64,000 nucleotides of DNA from an uncultured Bacteroidota bacterium (GCA_963713725.1 CAVQMZ010000029.1:100369-164368); one strand, 5' to 3'; numbered from the stretch's first letter, positions 47,926-59,176 are shown. The notes: generated from the letters alone by a model not told the origin. Program-made: numbers and translations.

Positions 47926-49179
47926 ATGTCATCTAAAGAAAACCTTATTAAATGCTTAAACCATGAAGAGCCCGAGCGGCTTGTGGTCGATTTTGGTGCA
48001 ACTCCTGTAACGGGTATTCATGTCTTACTGGTTCAGAAACTCAGGGCCCATTTTGGACTGGAAAGCCGACCCATTAAGGTTACAGAGCCCTACCAGATGC
48101 TTGGAGAAGTTGACACCGAACTGCAAGAGGCCATGGGCGTGGATGTGCTTGGAATCTCGCCACCCAATGATATGTTTGGTAACAGGCTTGATAATTGGAA
48201 ACAATACCGGACTTCCTGGGGGCAGGAGGTACTTGTACCCGGATCATTTACAGTACAAATTGACGGAAACGGCGATACGGTTCTGTTCCCTCAGGGGGAC
48301 GACTCTGTTGCGCCCAGTGCAAAGATGCCCAAGGCAGCCTATTTTTTTGATGCCATCAACAGGCAGCAAACCATTGATGATTCAAAGCTAAAACCCGAAG
48401 ACAACCTGGAGGAGTTCTCCCTGATGTCTGAAGGCGACGTGGCCTACTGGAAAAAATCCATTGAAAATCTGCATGGCTCTTCAAGGGGAGTTGTGGCTAA
48501 TTTTGGAGGCACAGCCATTGGTGATATTGCCCTTGTGCCTGCCATGAACCTGAAATCACCGAAGGGCATCCGGGATGTGGCCGATTGGTATATGTCTACC
48601 CTGATGCGGTCCGACTACCTGCACGAGGTATTTGAGAAACAGACGGATATTGCCCTTGAAAACCTGGCTATGGCCAAGGAGGCAAGCGGCGATACGGTGG
48701 ACGTGGCATTTATCTGCGGGACCGATTTTGGCACCCAGGACTCCTCCTTTTGCTCACTTGAAACCTACGATGAACTATACGCACCTTATTATAAGAAGAT
48801 TAATAATTGGATCCATGAAAATACCCGATGGAAAACTTTCAAACACAGCTGTGGAGCCGTGGAGCCTTTTATGGAGCATTTTATTGACTCCGGATTCGAC
48901 ATCATCAACCCTGTACAGATTAATGCTGCCGGAATGGATCCGCTTCTTCTGAAAAAGAAATACGGTGACAAACTCACCTTCTGGGGCGGAGGAGCCGATA
49001 CTCAGAAGGTGCTCCCCTTTGGAACTCCGGAAGAGGTCAAAGCCCATGTTTTAAAGGAATGTGAAATCTTTGCCCCGGGAGGCGGTTTTGTTTTCAATAC
49101 TGTGCATAATCTTCAGGCCAATGTTCCCCTTGAGAATGTTCTGGCCATGTTAGAGGCTATCAGACAGTTCGACTCTTAA
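47926..49179 (+). CDS. Uroporphyrinogen-decarboxylase (URO-D)-family protein, function unknown.
   Basis: Intact 417-aa ORF. C-terminal strings ICGTDFGTQ, FKHSCGAV, GFDIINPVQ, GDKLTFWGGGADTQKVLPFGTPEEV, GGGFVFNTVHNLQANVPLENV resemble URO-D/MtaA-like TIM-barrel proteins. The family call is from memory. Confidence 0.5.
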   Translation: MSSKENLIKCLNHEEPERLVVDFGATPVTGIHVLLVQKLRAHFGLESRPIKVTEPYQMLGEVDTELQEAMGVDVLGISPPNDMFGNRLDNWKQYRTSWGQEVLVPGSFTVQIDGNGDTVLFPQGDDSVAPSAKMPKAAYFFDAINRQQTIDDSKLKPEDNLEEFSLMSEGDVAYWKKSIENLHGSSRGVVANFGGTAIGDIALVPAMNLKSPKGIRDVADWYMSTLMRSDYLHEVFEKQTDIALENLAMAKEASGDTVDVAFICGTDFGTQDSSFCSLETYDELYAPYYKKINNWIHENTRWKTFKHSCGAVEPFMEHFIDSGFDIINPVQINAAGMDPLLLKKKYGDKLTFWGGGADTQKVLPFGTPEEVKAHVLKECEIFAPGGGFVFNTVHNLQANVPLENVLAMLEAIRQFDS

Positions 49180-49230
49180 GAACTGTTCCTAATTAACATT
49201 ATTTAGATCAATTTTATACTTTATTTTAGG

Positions 49231-49238
49231 TACCTTTG
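49231..49238 (+). promoter_or_regulatory. Candidate Bacteroidetes -7 promoter box (TAnnTTTG) upstream of ppdK.
   Basis: TACCTTTG at 49231..49238, 67 nt upstream of the ppdK ATG, lies in an AT-rich intergenic region. No clear -33 TTTG partner was found. Confidence 0.3.
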
Positions 49239-49304
49239 TGTCTTTAAAATTCTAGGGTATTTCATATAAATAACTCATTATTAATAACTAAAAGCAAATT
49301 TCCA

Positions 49305-52015
49305 ATGTCAAATGTAAAACGCGTCTATACTTTTGGTGACAGAAAAGCCGAAGGTAAAGCCGACATGAAAAACTTATTGGGCGGAAAAGGTGCCAACCTT
49401 GCAGAGATGAACCTGATTGGCGTACCTGTACCTCCAGGATTTACGATTACCACTGAGGTCTGTACTGAATATAACGCTCTGGGTCAGGATAAAGTTGTTG
49501 AGCTGATCAAGGCTGAAGTTGAAGCTGCTGTAAAGAATATTGAAGATATCATGGGAACCAAGTTCGGGAGCAATGAGAATCCCTGCTTGGTTTCTGTACG
49601 TTCAGGTGCAAGGGTATCCATGCCAGGTATGATGGATACTGTTCTGAACCTGGGAATGAATGAGGATGCTGTTCAGGGACTGATCAACAAGACCGGCAAT
49701 GAAAAATTTGCCTGGGACAGCTACCGTCGTTTCGTTCAGATGTATGGTGACGTTGTTCTGGGAATGAAGCCCGAATCCAAAGAAGACATTGATCCTTTCG
49801 AAGGGAATCATGGAAGAGCTGAAGGAAGCACGTGGCGTTGAAAACGACAACGAGCTTACTGTAGAGGACCTGAAAGAGATGGTCGAGAAATTTAAGGCTG
49901 CCGTTAAAAAGCAGACAGGTCATGATTTCCCTGCTGATCCATGGGAGCAGCTCTGGGGAGCTGTAATGGCTGTATTTGATAGCTGGGAAACTCCAAGGGC
50001 TCAGTACTACCGCAACATGAACCAGATTCCCAATGACTGGGGAACTGCTGTGAACGTTCAGGCCATGGTTTATGGTAACATGGGAGAAACTTCCGGAACT
50101 GGTGTGGCTTTCACACGTGATGCAGGAACAGGTGAAGACATCTTTAATGGTGAGTACCTGATCGATGCCCAGGGAGAAGATGTGGTTGCCGGTGTGCGTA
50201 CACCCCGCCAGATTACCAAAGAGGGTTCACTGAGGTGGGCCGAGCTTGCAGGTGTATCTGAAGAGGAGCGTGCTGCTGACTATCCTTCACTTGAAGAGGT
50301 AATGCCTTCAGTATATGCTGAACTGCACGAGACCGAGCAGAAACTGGAAGATTATTTCGCAGATATGCAGGACCTGGAATTCACCATTCAGGAAGGTAAA
50401 CTCTGGTTGCTGCAGACCCGTAACGGAAAACGTACCGGTGCTGCCATGGTAAAAATCGCCATGGACATGCTCCGCGAAGGTAAACTGGATGAGAAGACTG
50501 CATTGCTTCGTCAGGAGCCTGCAAAATTGGACGAATTACTTCACCCTGTATTTGAAAAGGGTGCGCTTAAAAGTGCAACTGTACTTGCTCAGGGACTACC
50601 CGCATCTCCAGGTGCTGCCACCGGACAAATTGTATTCTTTGCCGATGAGGCTACCAAGTATCCTGTATCCATCCTGGTTAGGATCGAGACTTCACCAGAG
50701 GATCTTGAGGGTATGAATATTGCCAAAGGTATTCTGACTGCTCGTGGAGGTATGACTTCCCACGCTGCTGTTGTTGCCCGTGGAATGGGTAAATGCTGTG
50801 TGTCCGGAGCAGGTGGTGTAAAGATCGATTATAAAGCCCGCACCATGACTTGTGCTGGAAAAGTGTTCAAAGAAGGTGACTGGATCTCCCTGAATGGTTC
50901 CACCGGTAATGTTCTGGAAGGAAAAGTAGCCACCATCGATCCCGAACTGAGTGGTGACTTTGGAGCCATCCTTGAACTGGCTGAGAAGCACACAAAAATG
51001 GACGTCCGTACCAATGCTGATAGTCCGCACGATGCGAAAGTTGCCCGTGACTTTGGAGCTAAAGGTATTGGTCTGACCCGTACCGAGCACATGTTCTTCG
51101 AAGGAGAGCGCATCAAGGCAATGAGAGAGATGATTCTTGCCACTGCTGAAGGAGAGCGTCGCAAGGCACTGGATAAATTGCTTCCTTACCAGCGTGAGGA
51201 CTTCGAGGGCATCCTTGAAGCCATGGCCGGATATGGAGTAACCATCCGTCTGCTGGATCCGCCTCTGCATGAGTTTGTTCCCCACGATGAGGCCAACCAG
51301 AAGATTATGGCTGAGGAAATGGGAATCAGCGTTGCCGATATCCAGGCCCTCGTTGAGGACCTCCATGAATTTAACCCCATGCTGGGACACCGTGGATGCC
51401 GCCTTGGGAAATACCTATCCTGAAATCACCGAGATGCAGGCCAGGGCCATCATCGAGGCTGCTGTAAACCTTACCCAGAAGGGTGTGGATGCACGTCCCG
51501 AGATCATGGTTCCCCTGATTGGCACCTGGAAAGAATTCAAGATGCAGGAAGAGATCATCAGGGCAACTGCCGAAAAGGTATTTGAGGAAAAAGGAGCCAG
51601 GTGTGCGTACCAGGTTGGAACAATGATTGAGATCCCCAGGGCTGCAATGACAGCTGACCTGATTGCTGAACATGCGGAATTTTTCTCATTCGGAACCAAT
51701 GACCTGACCCAGATGGCCTTCGGTTATTCAAGGGATGATGCAGGTAAATTCCTGCCCATCTATATTGAAAAAGGTTTGCTGAAAAACGATCCTTTCCAGA
51801 CCCTTGACCAGGAAGGTGTTGGGCAACTGGTGGAAATGGGTGTTGCTAAAGGCCGTTCAACCAAGCCTGATCTTAAGGTTGGTATCTGTGGAGAGCACGG
51901 TGGAGATCCCGAATCAGTGGAGTTCTGTCACCGCGTTGGAATGAACTACGTAAGTTGTTCACCCTTCCGCGTACCCATCGCCAGATTGGCTGCTGCACAG
52001 GCAAACCTGAGGTAG
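49305..52015 (+). CDS. ppdK: Pyruvate, phosphate dikinase. Two frame breaks as read.
   Basis: ORFs 49305..49841 ([11 protein letters not shown]...[25 protein letters not shown]), 49789..51423 ([19 protein letters not shown] phospho-His loop) and 51269..52015 ([12 protein letters not shown]..., [10 protein letters not shown]) are colinear. Together they give ~903 aa. Confidence 0.9.
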
Positions 52016-52050
52016 TTTGAATAAGTTAATTGATTTAACATAGTAATAAA

Positions 52051-52082
52051 GCGGCAAAACTTGGTTTTGCCGCTTTTTTTTT
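52051..52082 (+). terminator. Rho-independent terminator after ppdK.
   Basis: GCGGCAAAA (52051..52059), loop CTTGG and TTTTGCCGC (52065..52073) are followed by a T9 run (52074..52082). Confidence 0.75.
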
Positions 52083-52175
52083 GGATATTAGCTCGTCGAA
52101 TTTTGAAAGAAATTACCAAACAACACTATTAAATTAAAACATTAAATAACTACTAGAATTTAAAACCGAAACCTT

Positions 52176-53794
52176 ATGAGTGAAATAATAAAGAAATTGA
52201 AACTTGATCAATACGGGATCACAGATGTAAAGGAAGTTGTTTATAATCCTTCCTATGAGCAGCTGTATAAAGAGGAAATGGATCCTTCCCTTGAAGGATT
52301 TGAAAAGGGAATTGAAAGTGAATATGGCGCAGTAAGTGTGGATACAGGTATTTTCACAGGGCGTTCACCAAAGGACAAGTATATTGTGAAGGATGAGACA
52401 ACCACAGGATACTGTTTGGTGGAAATCCGATAAAGCAAAAACTTCAGATAACAAGCCTATCAATAAGGAAGTGTGGAGTCATGGTTATGACCTGGCCTCA
52501 AACCAGCTTTCGGGAAAGCGACTTTTTGTTCTGGATGGTTTTTGCGGAGCCAATGAGGATACAAGGCTGAAGGTAAGGTTTGTCATGGAAGTTGCCTGGC
52601 AGGCTCATTTTGTTAAAAATATGTTCATCCGTCCCAGCTGAAGAGGATCTTGAGGATTTTGAACCTGATTTTGTGGTTTTAAATGCTTCGAAAACCACCA
52701 ATCCCAAATGGAAAGAGCAGGGACTTAACTCCGATGTATTTGTTTTCTTTAATCTGACCGAAAAGAAGGCTGTAATTGGTGGATCATGGTATGGTGGGGA
52801 GATGAAGAAGGGTATTTTCTCTGTAATGAATTATTACCTGCCCCTGAATGGGATGGCAGCCATGCATTGTTCAGCCAATGTGAACGATGAAGGTGAAACG
52901 GCTATTTTCTTTGGACTGTCCGGAACCGGAAAAACTACCCTGTCCACTGATCCCAAGCGCAAACTGATTGGTGATGATGAGCATGGCTGGGATGATGACG
53001 GCATCTTTAATTTCGAAGGGGGATGTTATGCAAAGACCATTAACCTGAGCGAAGAGAGTGAGCCTGATATTTTCAATGCCATTAAACGGGATGCTCTGCT
53101 TGAGAATGTGTTGTGGCCGCCGATGGTAAAGTGGATTTTGATGATGGTTCCAAAACCCAGAACACCAGGGTGTCTTATCCGATTTACCACATTGATAATA
53201 TTGTAAAACCCGTATCCAAAGCCGGGCATGCTAACAAGGTGATTTTCCTTACTGCTGATGCTTTTGGTGTAATGCCTCCCGTATCTAAACTGACCCACGA
53301 CCAGACCCAGTACCATTTCTTATCAGGTTTTACCGCCAAACTTGCCGGTACTGAAAGGGGAGTAACCGAGCCGGTTCCCACTTTCTCTGCCTGTTTTGGT
53401 GCGGCCTTCCTCACACTTCATCCTACCAGGTACGGACAGGAGCTGGTAAAAAGGATGGATGCTGCCGGATCCTCGGCCTACCTGGTGAACACAGGTTGGA
53501 ATGGAACTGGAAAGCGAATTTCAATCAAGGATACCCGAAAGATCATTGATGCCATTCTGGACGGATCCATTGATAGTGCACCCACAAAGCAGATTCCTTA
53601 TTTCAATCTTGGAGGTTCCCACCGAGCTTCACGATGTTGATCCAGGAATCCTGGATCCAAGGGATACTTATGCGATCCTACTGAATGGGATAAGAAAGCA
53701 AGAGATCTGGCAGAGCGCTTTATTAAGAACTTCGAGCAGTTTACCGACAATGAAGAGGGAAAGACCCTGGTGGCAGCCGGACCTCAGCTTATAA
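52176..53794 (+). CDS. pckA: Phosphoenolpyruvate carboxykinase (ATP). Four frame breaks as read.
   Basis: Five colinear fragments: 52176..52433 ([14 protein letters not shown]), 52393..52641, 52580..53206 ([21 protein letters not shown]), 53113..53640 ([15 protein letters not shown]) and 53501..53794. Together they give ~539 aa. Confidence 0.9.
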
Positions 53795-53902
53795 ATTTTG
53801 ACTGTAATTCAGCTCGCAAAGTGGTTATTCACTGTGTGCAACAAATGCCACTTAGCTGATCTGAAACAGCTTCAATGAAATAAGCGAATAAAATAATAAT
53901 GA

Positions 53903-53941
53903 TTAATTCCGGTCTGTATGAATAGACCGGGATTAATTTTT
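53903..53941 (+). terminator. Rho-independent terminator after pckA.
   Basis: TTAATTCCGGTCT (53903..53915), loop GTATGAAT and AGACCGGGATTAA (53924..53936; 13-bp stem with one G.U) are followed by TTTTT (53937..53941). Confidence 0.7.
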
Positions 53942-53953
53942 ATATATTGTAAT

Positions 53954-54576
53954 ATGCTAATGATCATTATAGCTGTGCTTCTGGCCTATCTCCTGGGTTC
54001 TCTTCCATGGTCAGTCTGGCTTGGGAAAATCCTTAAAGGGATTGATCTGAGAGAACATGGGAGCGGGAATGCAGGTGCAACAAATGCCTTCAGGGTACTG
54101 GGTAAGCCCATTGGGATTGCAGTAATGGTCCTGGACGTATTGAAGGGCTATGCTGCAGTAAACCTGGTTTTCCTGCAGGATGTATTTGATTCCAGGGAAT
54201 GAATCCTGGATGATTTTCAGGATAGGCCTGGGTATAGTTGCCATCCTGGGTCATATATTCCCGATTTTTGCAGGTTTTCGCGGAGGGAAGGGCGTAGCCA
54301 CCATGACAGGCATCGGTCTGGCGGTACAGGCATATTCAAGCCCTTTCTGCAATGGGCGTTTACTTGCTTGTATTTCTTGGCTTCAGAATATCAGCACTGG
54401 GTTCACTTTTGGCCGCGCTTAGTTATCCTATCTGGGTTATATGGGTATTTAAAACAGAATATCTTTCGCTTAAGATTTTCTCTCTTTTTGTTGTGGTCCT
54501 GGTTTTAATTACCCACAGGTCCAATATCAGGCGCTTGCTTAAGGGAGAAGAAAAATCTTTATTTCGCAAAAGCTGA
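53954..54576 (+). CDS. plsY: Glycerol-3-phosphate acyltransferase PlsY. Two frame breaks as read.
   Basis: [25 protein letters not shown]...[20 protein letters not shown], then [20 protein letters not shown] in fragment 54180..54422, with the C-terminus in 54352..54576. The start is taken after the pckA terminator. Confidence 0.8.
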
Positions 54577-55364
54577 TTAATTAAGAGAAAGTCTTCTTCC
54601 AGCTTTTCCTTGAGTGCTTTGGATGAGATATTCTTTTGAAGCACGCCCTTTTCTGCAATGGATATCTGGCCGGTCTCTTCGGATACGATGATTACCAGAG
54701 AATCGCTTACCTCGGAAATTCCCAAGTCCGGCGCGATGCCTCAGTCCATATTCGGGGGGGAGATCCAACTTCTCGGTAACAGGCAAGATGACCCGGGCCG
54801 CTCTTACTTTATCATTCTCGATAATTACTGCTCCATCGTGAAGCGGACTGGTTTTATTAAATATTGCCAGGATCAGCCTGCTGGAGGTTTCAGCATTCAG
54901 CACATCTCCAGTTTGGGAATACATATCCAGGTTTGATTTCTTCTTTAATAACAATGAGTGCACCTGTTTTCTCCTGGGAGAATTGCATCACTGCCTTCAG
55001 CAGGGACCTGATCTTCACCTGGGATTTGGACTCAAAACGTGACATTCAGAATCTTGTCAAAGCTGATGCTGTTCCCATCCATATATCTGGTTCCCATGTA
55101 GATCAAAAACCTTCTGATCTCCTGTTGAAATACAATGATCAGGGCAATAACACCCACACCCAGAACCGATCCCAGGATATTACTGAGCAATTCCATTTTC
55201 AGAGCGCGCACCACCCACCAGAAAATATAGATGGAAGCAATGGACAGGGTGATATTAAAAGCCACAGTTCCCCTGATCAGCATATAGAGCTGATAGAGCA
55301 GGAGGGCCACCAGAAGGATGTCGATTACATCGAGAAAGCGTATATGAATGAAAGCACTAAGCAT
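54577..55364 (-). CDS. cdaA: Diadenylate cyclase CdaA (DisA_N domain, membrane-anchored). Two frame breaks, and the 3' end is uncertain.
   Basis: ORF 55032..55364 gives three TM segments (FLDVIDILLVALLLYQLYMLI...). ORF 54577..54963 contains TSPLHDGAVIIENDKVRAARVILPV. ORF 54423..54725 contains SDSLVIIVSEETGQISIAEKG. The in-frame stop of the last fragment lies inside plsY (54423), so the real stop is unclear. Confidence 0.75.
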
Positions 55365-55375
55365 TGGGCTGAACT

Positions 55376-56209
55376 TTATTTGCAGGCTTGTTTGACAATC
55401 TGCCGGAAAATTTTTATGGTTTCAACGGCCTCCTTCACATCATGAACCCTTAGAATGCTGGCTCCAGCCATTAATGCTGCCATGTGTGCTGCGCATGTGC
55501 CTGTGAGTGCTTTTGATGGATCGGTTTCCAGTGTTTTGTAAATCATTGATTTACGGGAAAGTCCGACCATCACAGGGAGTTCCAGAATGGCAAATGCATC
55601 CAGCTCCCTTAAAAGCTTGAAGTTTTGCTCAAGGGTTTTTCCAAAACCAAAACCGGGATCAATCAGAATATCATTTACACCCAGTGTTCTGAGTTTATAA
55701 ATCCTTTCTCCGAAAAACTGAAGCAGCTCGTTCACCACATGATCGTATTGGGGTGAATCCTGCATGGTTTCCGGACTGCCCTGCATGTGCATCATAACAT
55801 AAGCCAGGTCCAGTTCTGCGACCGTTGAAAACATCCGCGGATCCGATTGCCCGGCTGTTATATCATTGATCATCTGTATGCCGAAACGGCTTTCCATTTC
55901 CCTTGCAACCCCTGCCCGCCAGGTGTCGACCGAAATAAGGGCATCGGGAAATTCATTCCTGATGGCCTCAAGAACCGGAGAGATTCTATCCACCTCTTCA
56001 GTCTCCTCAATTTCCCGGGCCCCCGGCCGGGTAGAAATGGCTCCCACATCAAGAATTTCCGCCCCTTCATTCAGCATCTTTCTGGCAACTTCAACAGCAA
56101 CAGCAGGTTCAGGAACACGACTGCCCTCAAAAAAGGAATCTGGAGTGGCATTTATAATGCCCATTACAATAGGGGATGAAAGGTCCAGGAGTTTTCCTCC
56201 CATATTCAA
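55376..56209 (-). CDS. folP: Dihydropteroate synthase.
   Basis: Intact 277-aa ORF with IVMGIINATPDSFF, GAEILDVGAISTRPGA, ISVDTWRA, INDITAG, MHMQGSP and IDPGFGFGK. Confidence 0.85.
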   Translation of the reverse strand: MNMGGKLLDLSSPIVMGIINATPDSFFEGSRVPEPAVAVEVARKMLNEGAEILDVGAISTRPGAREIEETEEVDRISPVLEAIRNEFPDALISVDTWRAGVAREMESRFGIQMINDITAGQSDPRMFSTVAELDLAYVMMHMQGSPETMQDSPQYDHVVNELLQFFGERIYKLRTLGVNDILIDPGFGFGKTLEQNFKLLRELDAFAILELPVMVGLSRKSMIYKTLETDPSKALTGTCAAHMAALMAGASILRVHDVKEAVETIKIFRQIVKQACK

Positions 56210-56341
56210 GTGAAAAATTCCTTGAAAAGAGGCTGCTGGATGTGGAGAAGTTATTCATTAAAACACGTTTCTTGAGTCGATATTTTGTAAGTTTGAGATC
56301 AGAATTTATCAAAAATACACTAAATAATTCGAAATCGATTC

Positions 56342-57023
56342 ATGCGCTTTGTTGTGATTGAGGGATCTGGATGGATCAGGTAAGTCCACCCAGCTAAAAT
56401 TATTAAGGGAATATCTTGAAAAAGAGGGCATTTCATACAAATACCTTCACTTTCCCAGACTTGAGGAGGGTGTTTACGGTGAGTTAATAGCCCGTTTCCT
56501 CAGGGGTGAGATGGGGCCAAACGACCAGGTTGATCCTTACCTGGTGGCCCTGATTTTTGCCGGAGACCGGGCTGAAGCATCTTCCATGATCAGAAGCTGG
56601 ATGGAGGAGGGCTACTTTGTAATTGTTGACCGTTACGTATACTCGAATATTGCATTCCAGTGTGCCAAGCTTCCGGAAATGGAAGAGCGGATTAAGTTGA
56701 GGGATTGGATCCTGGATTTTGAATTCATACATAATCAACTGCCGAGGCCTGATTTAAACCTGCTCCTGCATGTCCCCATCGATTTTACACGCCAACAGCT
56801 TCATAAAGCGCGCCTAGGCGATGATCGGGCCTATCTGAAGGGGGAAAGGGATATTCATGAAGAAGACCTTGGCTTCCAGGAAAAGGTTATGGAAGAGTAT
56901 ATCTCTCTGCAGCAATATGTGGATGACCTGAAATTGATAAACTGTACAGATGGAATGGGAAAAATTCAGGCCCCTGATGCCATTTCTCAATTCATCATTA
57001 ATCAAATCGACCCTGAAAAATGA
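56342..57023 (+). CDS. tmk: Thymidylate kinase. One frame break inside the P-loop codons.
   Basis: ATG at 56342 gives MRFVVIEG, then a stop. The listed ORF 56358..57023 continues ...DGSGKSTQLKLL... Removing or adding one base between 56363 and 56369 restores the canonical IEG.DGSGKST P-loop. Confidence 0.8.
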
Positions 57024-58372
57024 AATATTTAAAAATACTCAGCCGGATCCTTCTGGGGATTGTATTTATTTTTAGCGGTTTTGTAAAGGCTGTTGATCCA
57101 CTGGGTTCAGCCTACAAGTTTGCCGACTATTTTACGGCTTTTAAAATGGGCTTTCTGGAGTTTGTTTCATTACCCCTGGCCATCGCCCTGGCAGCCTTTG
57201 AATTGATTCTGGGACTTGCCCTTGTACTTGCTTACCGGCGAAAAATTGTTTACCAGGTTCTTCTTTGGTTCATGTTGTTTTTCACAGTTTTAACCCTTAT
57301 CCTGGCCATATTCAATCCTGTAACGGATTGCGGCTGCTTTGGGGATGCTTTGATTTTGACCAACTGGCAGACCTTTCTTAAAAATGTGGTGCTTTTGGTC
57401 TTTGTGGTCTTCCTGTATATGGGGAGAAAGCAGGAAGCAGAAGGTGGAGGTGCTGTCAGGGAGTGGCTAATTCTTGGTGGGATCTATCTGGGTCTATTCC
57501 TCTTTTCGTTTTGGAATTATCGTCACCTCCCACTGATTGATTTCAGACCCTATCATGTGGGTACGGTTATCAGGCAGGCCATGGAGGTTCCTGATGATGC
57601 ACCCGCTGATGAATATGAGAGTATACTGGTATACCGGAACCTGGAGGATGGGAAGGAACAAAAATTCAGTCTTGCCAATTATCCAAAGGATACTTTGAGC
57701 TGGGAGTTCGTGAGCAGCGAATCAAAGCTGATCAGCAAGGGTTATGAGCCACCCATCCATGATTTCGCTATTATGGATGAATTTGGTTCAGACCTGGTGG
57801 ATATCGTACTGGCCGATCCGGGCTATACCCTTTTGATGATTTCCTACGATCTTGAGAAGGCAGATAAAAATGCCCTTCTGGAGGCAAACCTGTGGTCTCA
57901 AATGGAAATGCTTGCAGAGGATTATACATTTATAGCAGTTTCAGCATCCACAACTGAAGGGGTAGAAAACATTTCTTCAGACCTTGGGCTCACATACCCC
58001 TTCTTCGCCGGCGATGAAATCATGTTGAAAACCATGGTCCGTTCAAATCCCGGATTTTTGCTGATTGCCAATGGAAGCATACTGGGAAAGTGGGGATTCA
58101 GGGATTTTCCCGCCCTTGTTGATCTGGATCCTTCCCTTACACAGAAACTTGAAAATGCAGCGGGTCCCGTAAGCGAAGAGGAGCAGTTACTGATGGAAGC
58201 AGGCGTTTTTGAAGGATTCTCCTTTGACATTATGGAGTTTTCATCCCTTGTGCCCGACCTGGTTTACAAAAGGCAGGCTTTGGCCATTGAAAGGGGAGTT
58301 GTTTTCTCCTTCATCCTTGGCATCATTGCTCTTGTAGCCCTTGCAGCCCTTATTTCACCCATAGAATTATAA
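57020..58372 (+). CDS. Membrane protein with an N-terminal DoxX/MauE-like domain and a C-terminal redoxin-like region lacking an obvious CxxC.
   Basis: Intact 450-aa ORF with ILSRILLGIVFIFSGFVKAVDPLGSAYKFADYF plus 4-5 TM segments, one CGC motif (TDCGCFGDAL) and a terminal TM segment. The start overlaps the tmk stop by 4 nt. Confidence 0.5.
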   Translation: MKYLKILSRILLGIVFIFSGFVKAVDPLGSAYKFADYFTAFKMGFLEFVSLPLAIALAAFELILGLALVLAYRRKIVYQVLLWFMLFFTVLTLILAIFNPVTDCGCFGDALILTNWQTFLKNVVLLVFVVFLYMGRKQEAEGGGAVREWLILGGIYLGLFLFSFWNYRHLPLIDFRPYHVGTVIRQAMEVPDDAPADEYESILVYRNLEDGKEQKFSLANYPKDTLSWEFVSSESKLISKGYEPPIHDFAIMDEFGSDLVDIVLADPGYTLLMISYDLEKADKNALLEANLWSQMEMLAEDYTFIAVSASTTEGVENISSDLGLTYPFFAGDEIMLKTMVRSNPGFLLIANGSILGKWGFRDFPALVDLDPSLTQKLENAAGPVSEEEQLLMEAGVFEGFSFDIMEFSSLVPDLVYKRQALAIERGVVFSFILGIIALVALAALISPIEL

Positions 58373-58407
58373 TTATTACATTTAATACAACAATCAAGAA
58401 AAAGAAC

Positions 58408-59157
58408 ATGAGAAAGAAAATTGTAGCCGGAAACTGGAAAATGAATACGCTCCTGAAGGAAGGAATGGAATTGGCCAAAGCAGTTGAAAAACTGGAGCAC
58501 GAAAAAACAAGTGACGCACTTGTGATTATTGCTCCTCCCTATACCCATCTCAGTAAGGTGAACGATATGATCGAAAATGTAAAATTAAGCGGACAAAACT
58601 GTGCATCCGAGTTATCAGGTGCATATACCGGGGAAATTTCCCCCAACATGTTGGTTTCGGTAGGGGCTGAGTATGTGATTCTGGGGCATTCAGAAAGAAG
58701 ATCCTATTACAATGAAGACAATGCTCTGCTGAATAAGAAAGTGAAACTCGCCCTGGCCGAAGGTTTAAAGCCCATCTATTGCTGCGGTGAAGTACTTGAA
58801 GAAAGGGAGTCCGGAAAGCACTTTGATGTGGTAAAGGAGCAGGTCAGAGCGGGTCTCGAAGGCCTTACAGCCGACGAGATGAGCAATGTAGTGATTGCCT
58901 ATGAACCCGTTTGGGCCATTGGAACAGGGGTGGTTGCCTCTTCAGACCAGGCTCAGGAGATGCATAAGGAAATACGGACCTACCTGGCCAGTATGTTTAA
59001 TGATAAAGTTGCAGATGAAATGTCCATCCTTTACGGAGGAAGCTGCAAGCCATCCAATGCCGCAGAGCTTTTTGCCAATCCGGATGTGGATGGCGGGCTT
59101 ATCGGTGGAGCTGCCCTTAAGGCGGAGGACTTCATAGCCATTGTAAATGCTTATTAG
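58408..59157 (+). CDS. tpiA: Triosephosphate isomerase.
   Basis: Intact 249-aa ORF with IVAGNWKMN, ILGHSERR, CCGE, IAYEPVWAIGTG and YGGS. Confidence 0.95.
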   Translation: MRKKIVAGNWKMNTLLKEGMELAKAVEKLEHEKTSDALVIIAPPYTHLSKVNDMIENVKLSGQNCASELSGAYTGEISPNMLVSVGAEYVILGHSERRSYYNEDNALLNKKVKLALAEGLKPIYCCGEVLEERESGKHFDVVKEQVRAGLEGLTADEMSNVVIAYEPVWAIGTGVVASSDQAQEMHKEIRTYLASMFNDKVADEMSILYGGSCKPSNAAELFANPDVDGGLIGGAALKAEDFIAIVNAY

Positions 59158-59176
59158 ATTAAAGCAGGCGATCTAA

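Noticed and set aside
49789-49841. Frame breaks in ppdK, pckA and other genes, considered as programmed ribosomal frameshifts or as evidence of genome decay.
   Set aside because: There are too many, spread over unrelated genes. Several sit in homopolymers, no shared slippery-site or structure motif is evident, and core metabolic and likely essential genes are hit. Sequencing or consensus indel error is the simpler explanation.
53918-53953. The N-terminal extension MNRPGLIFIYCN of the plsY ORF.
   Set aside because: These codons are the 3' arm and T-run of the pckA terminator hairpin. The Met at 53954 begins the hydrophobic PlsY N-terminus.
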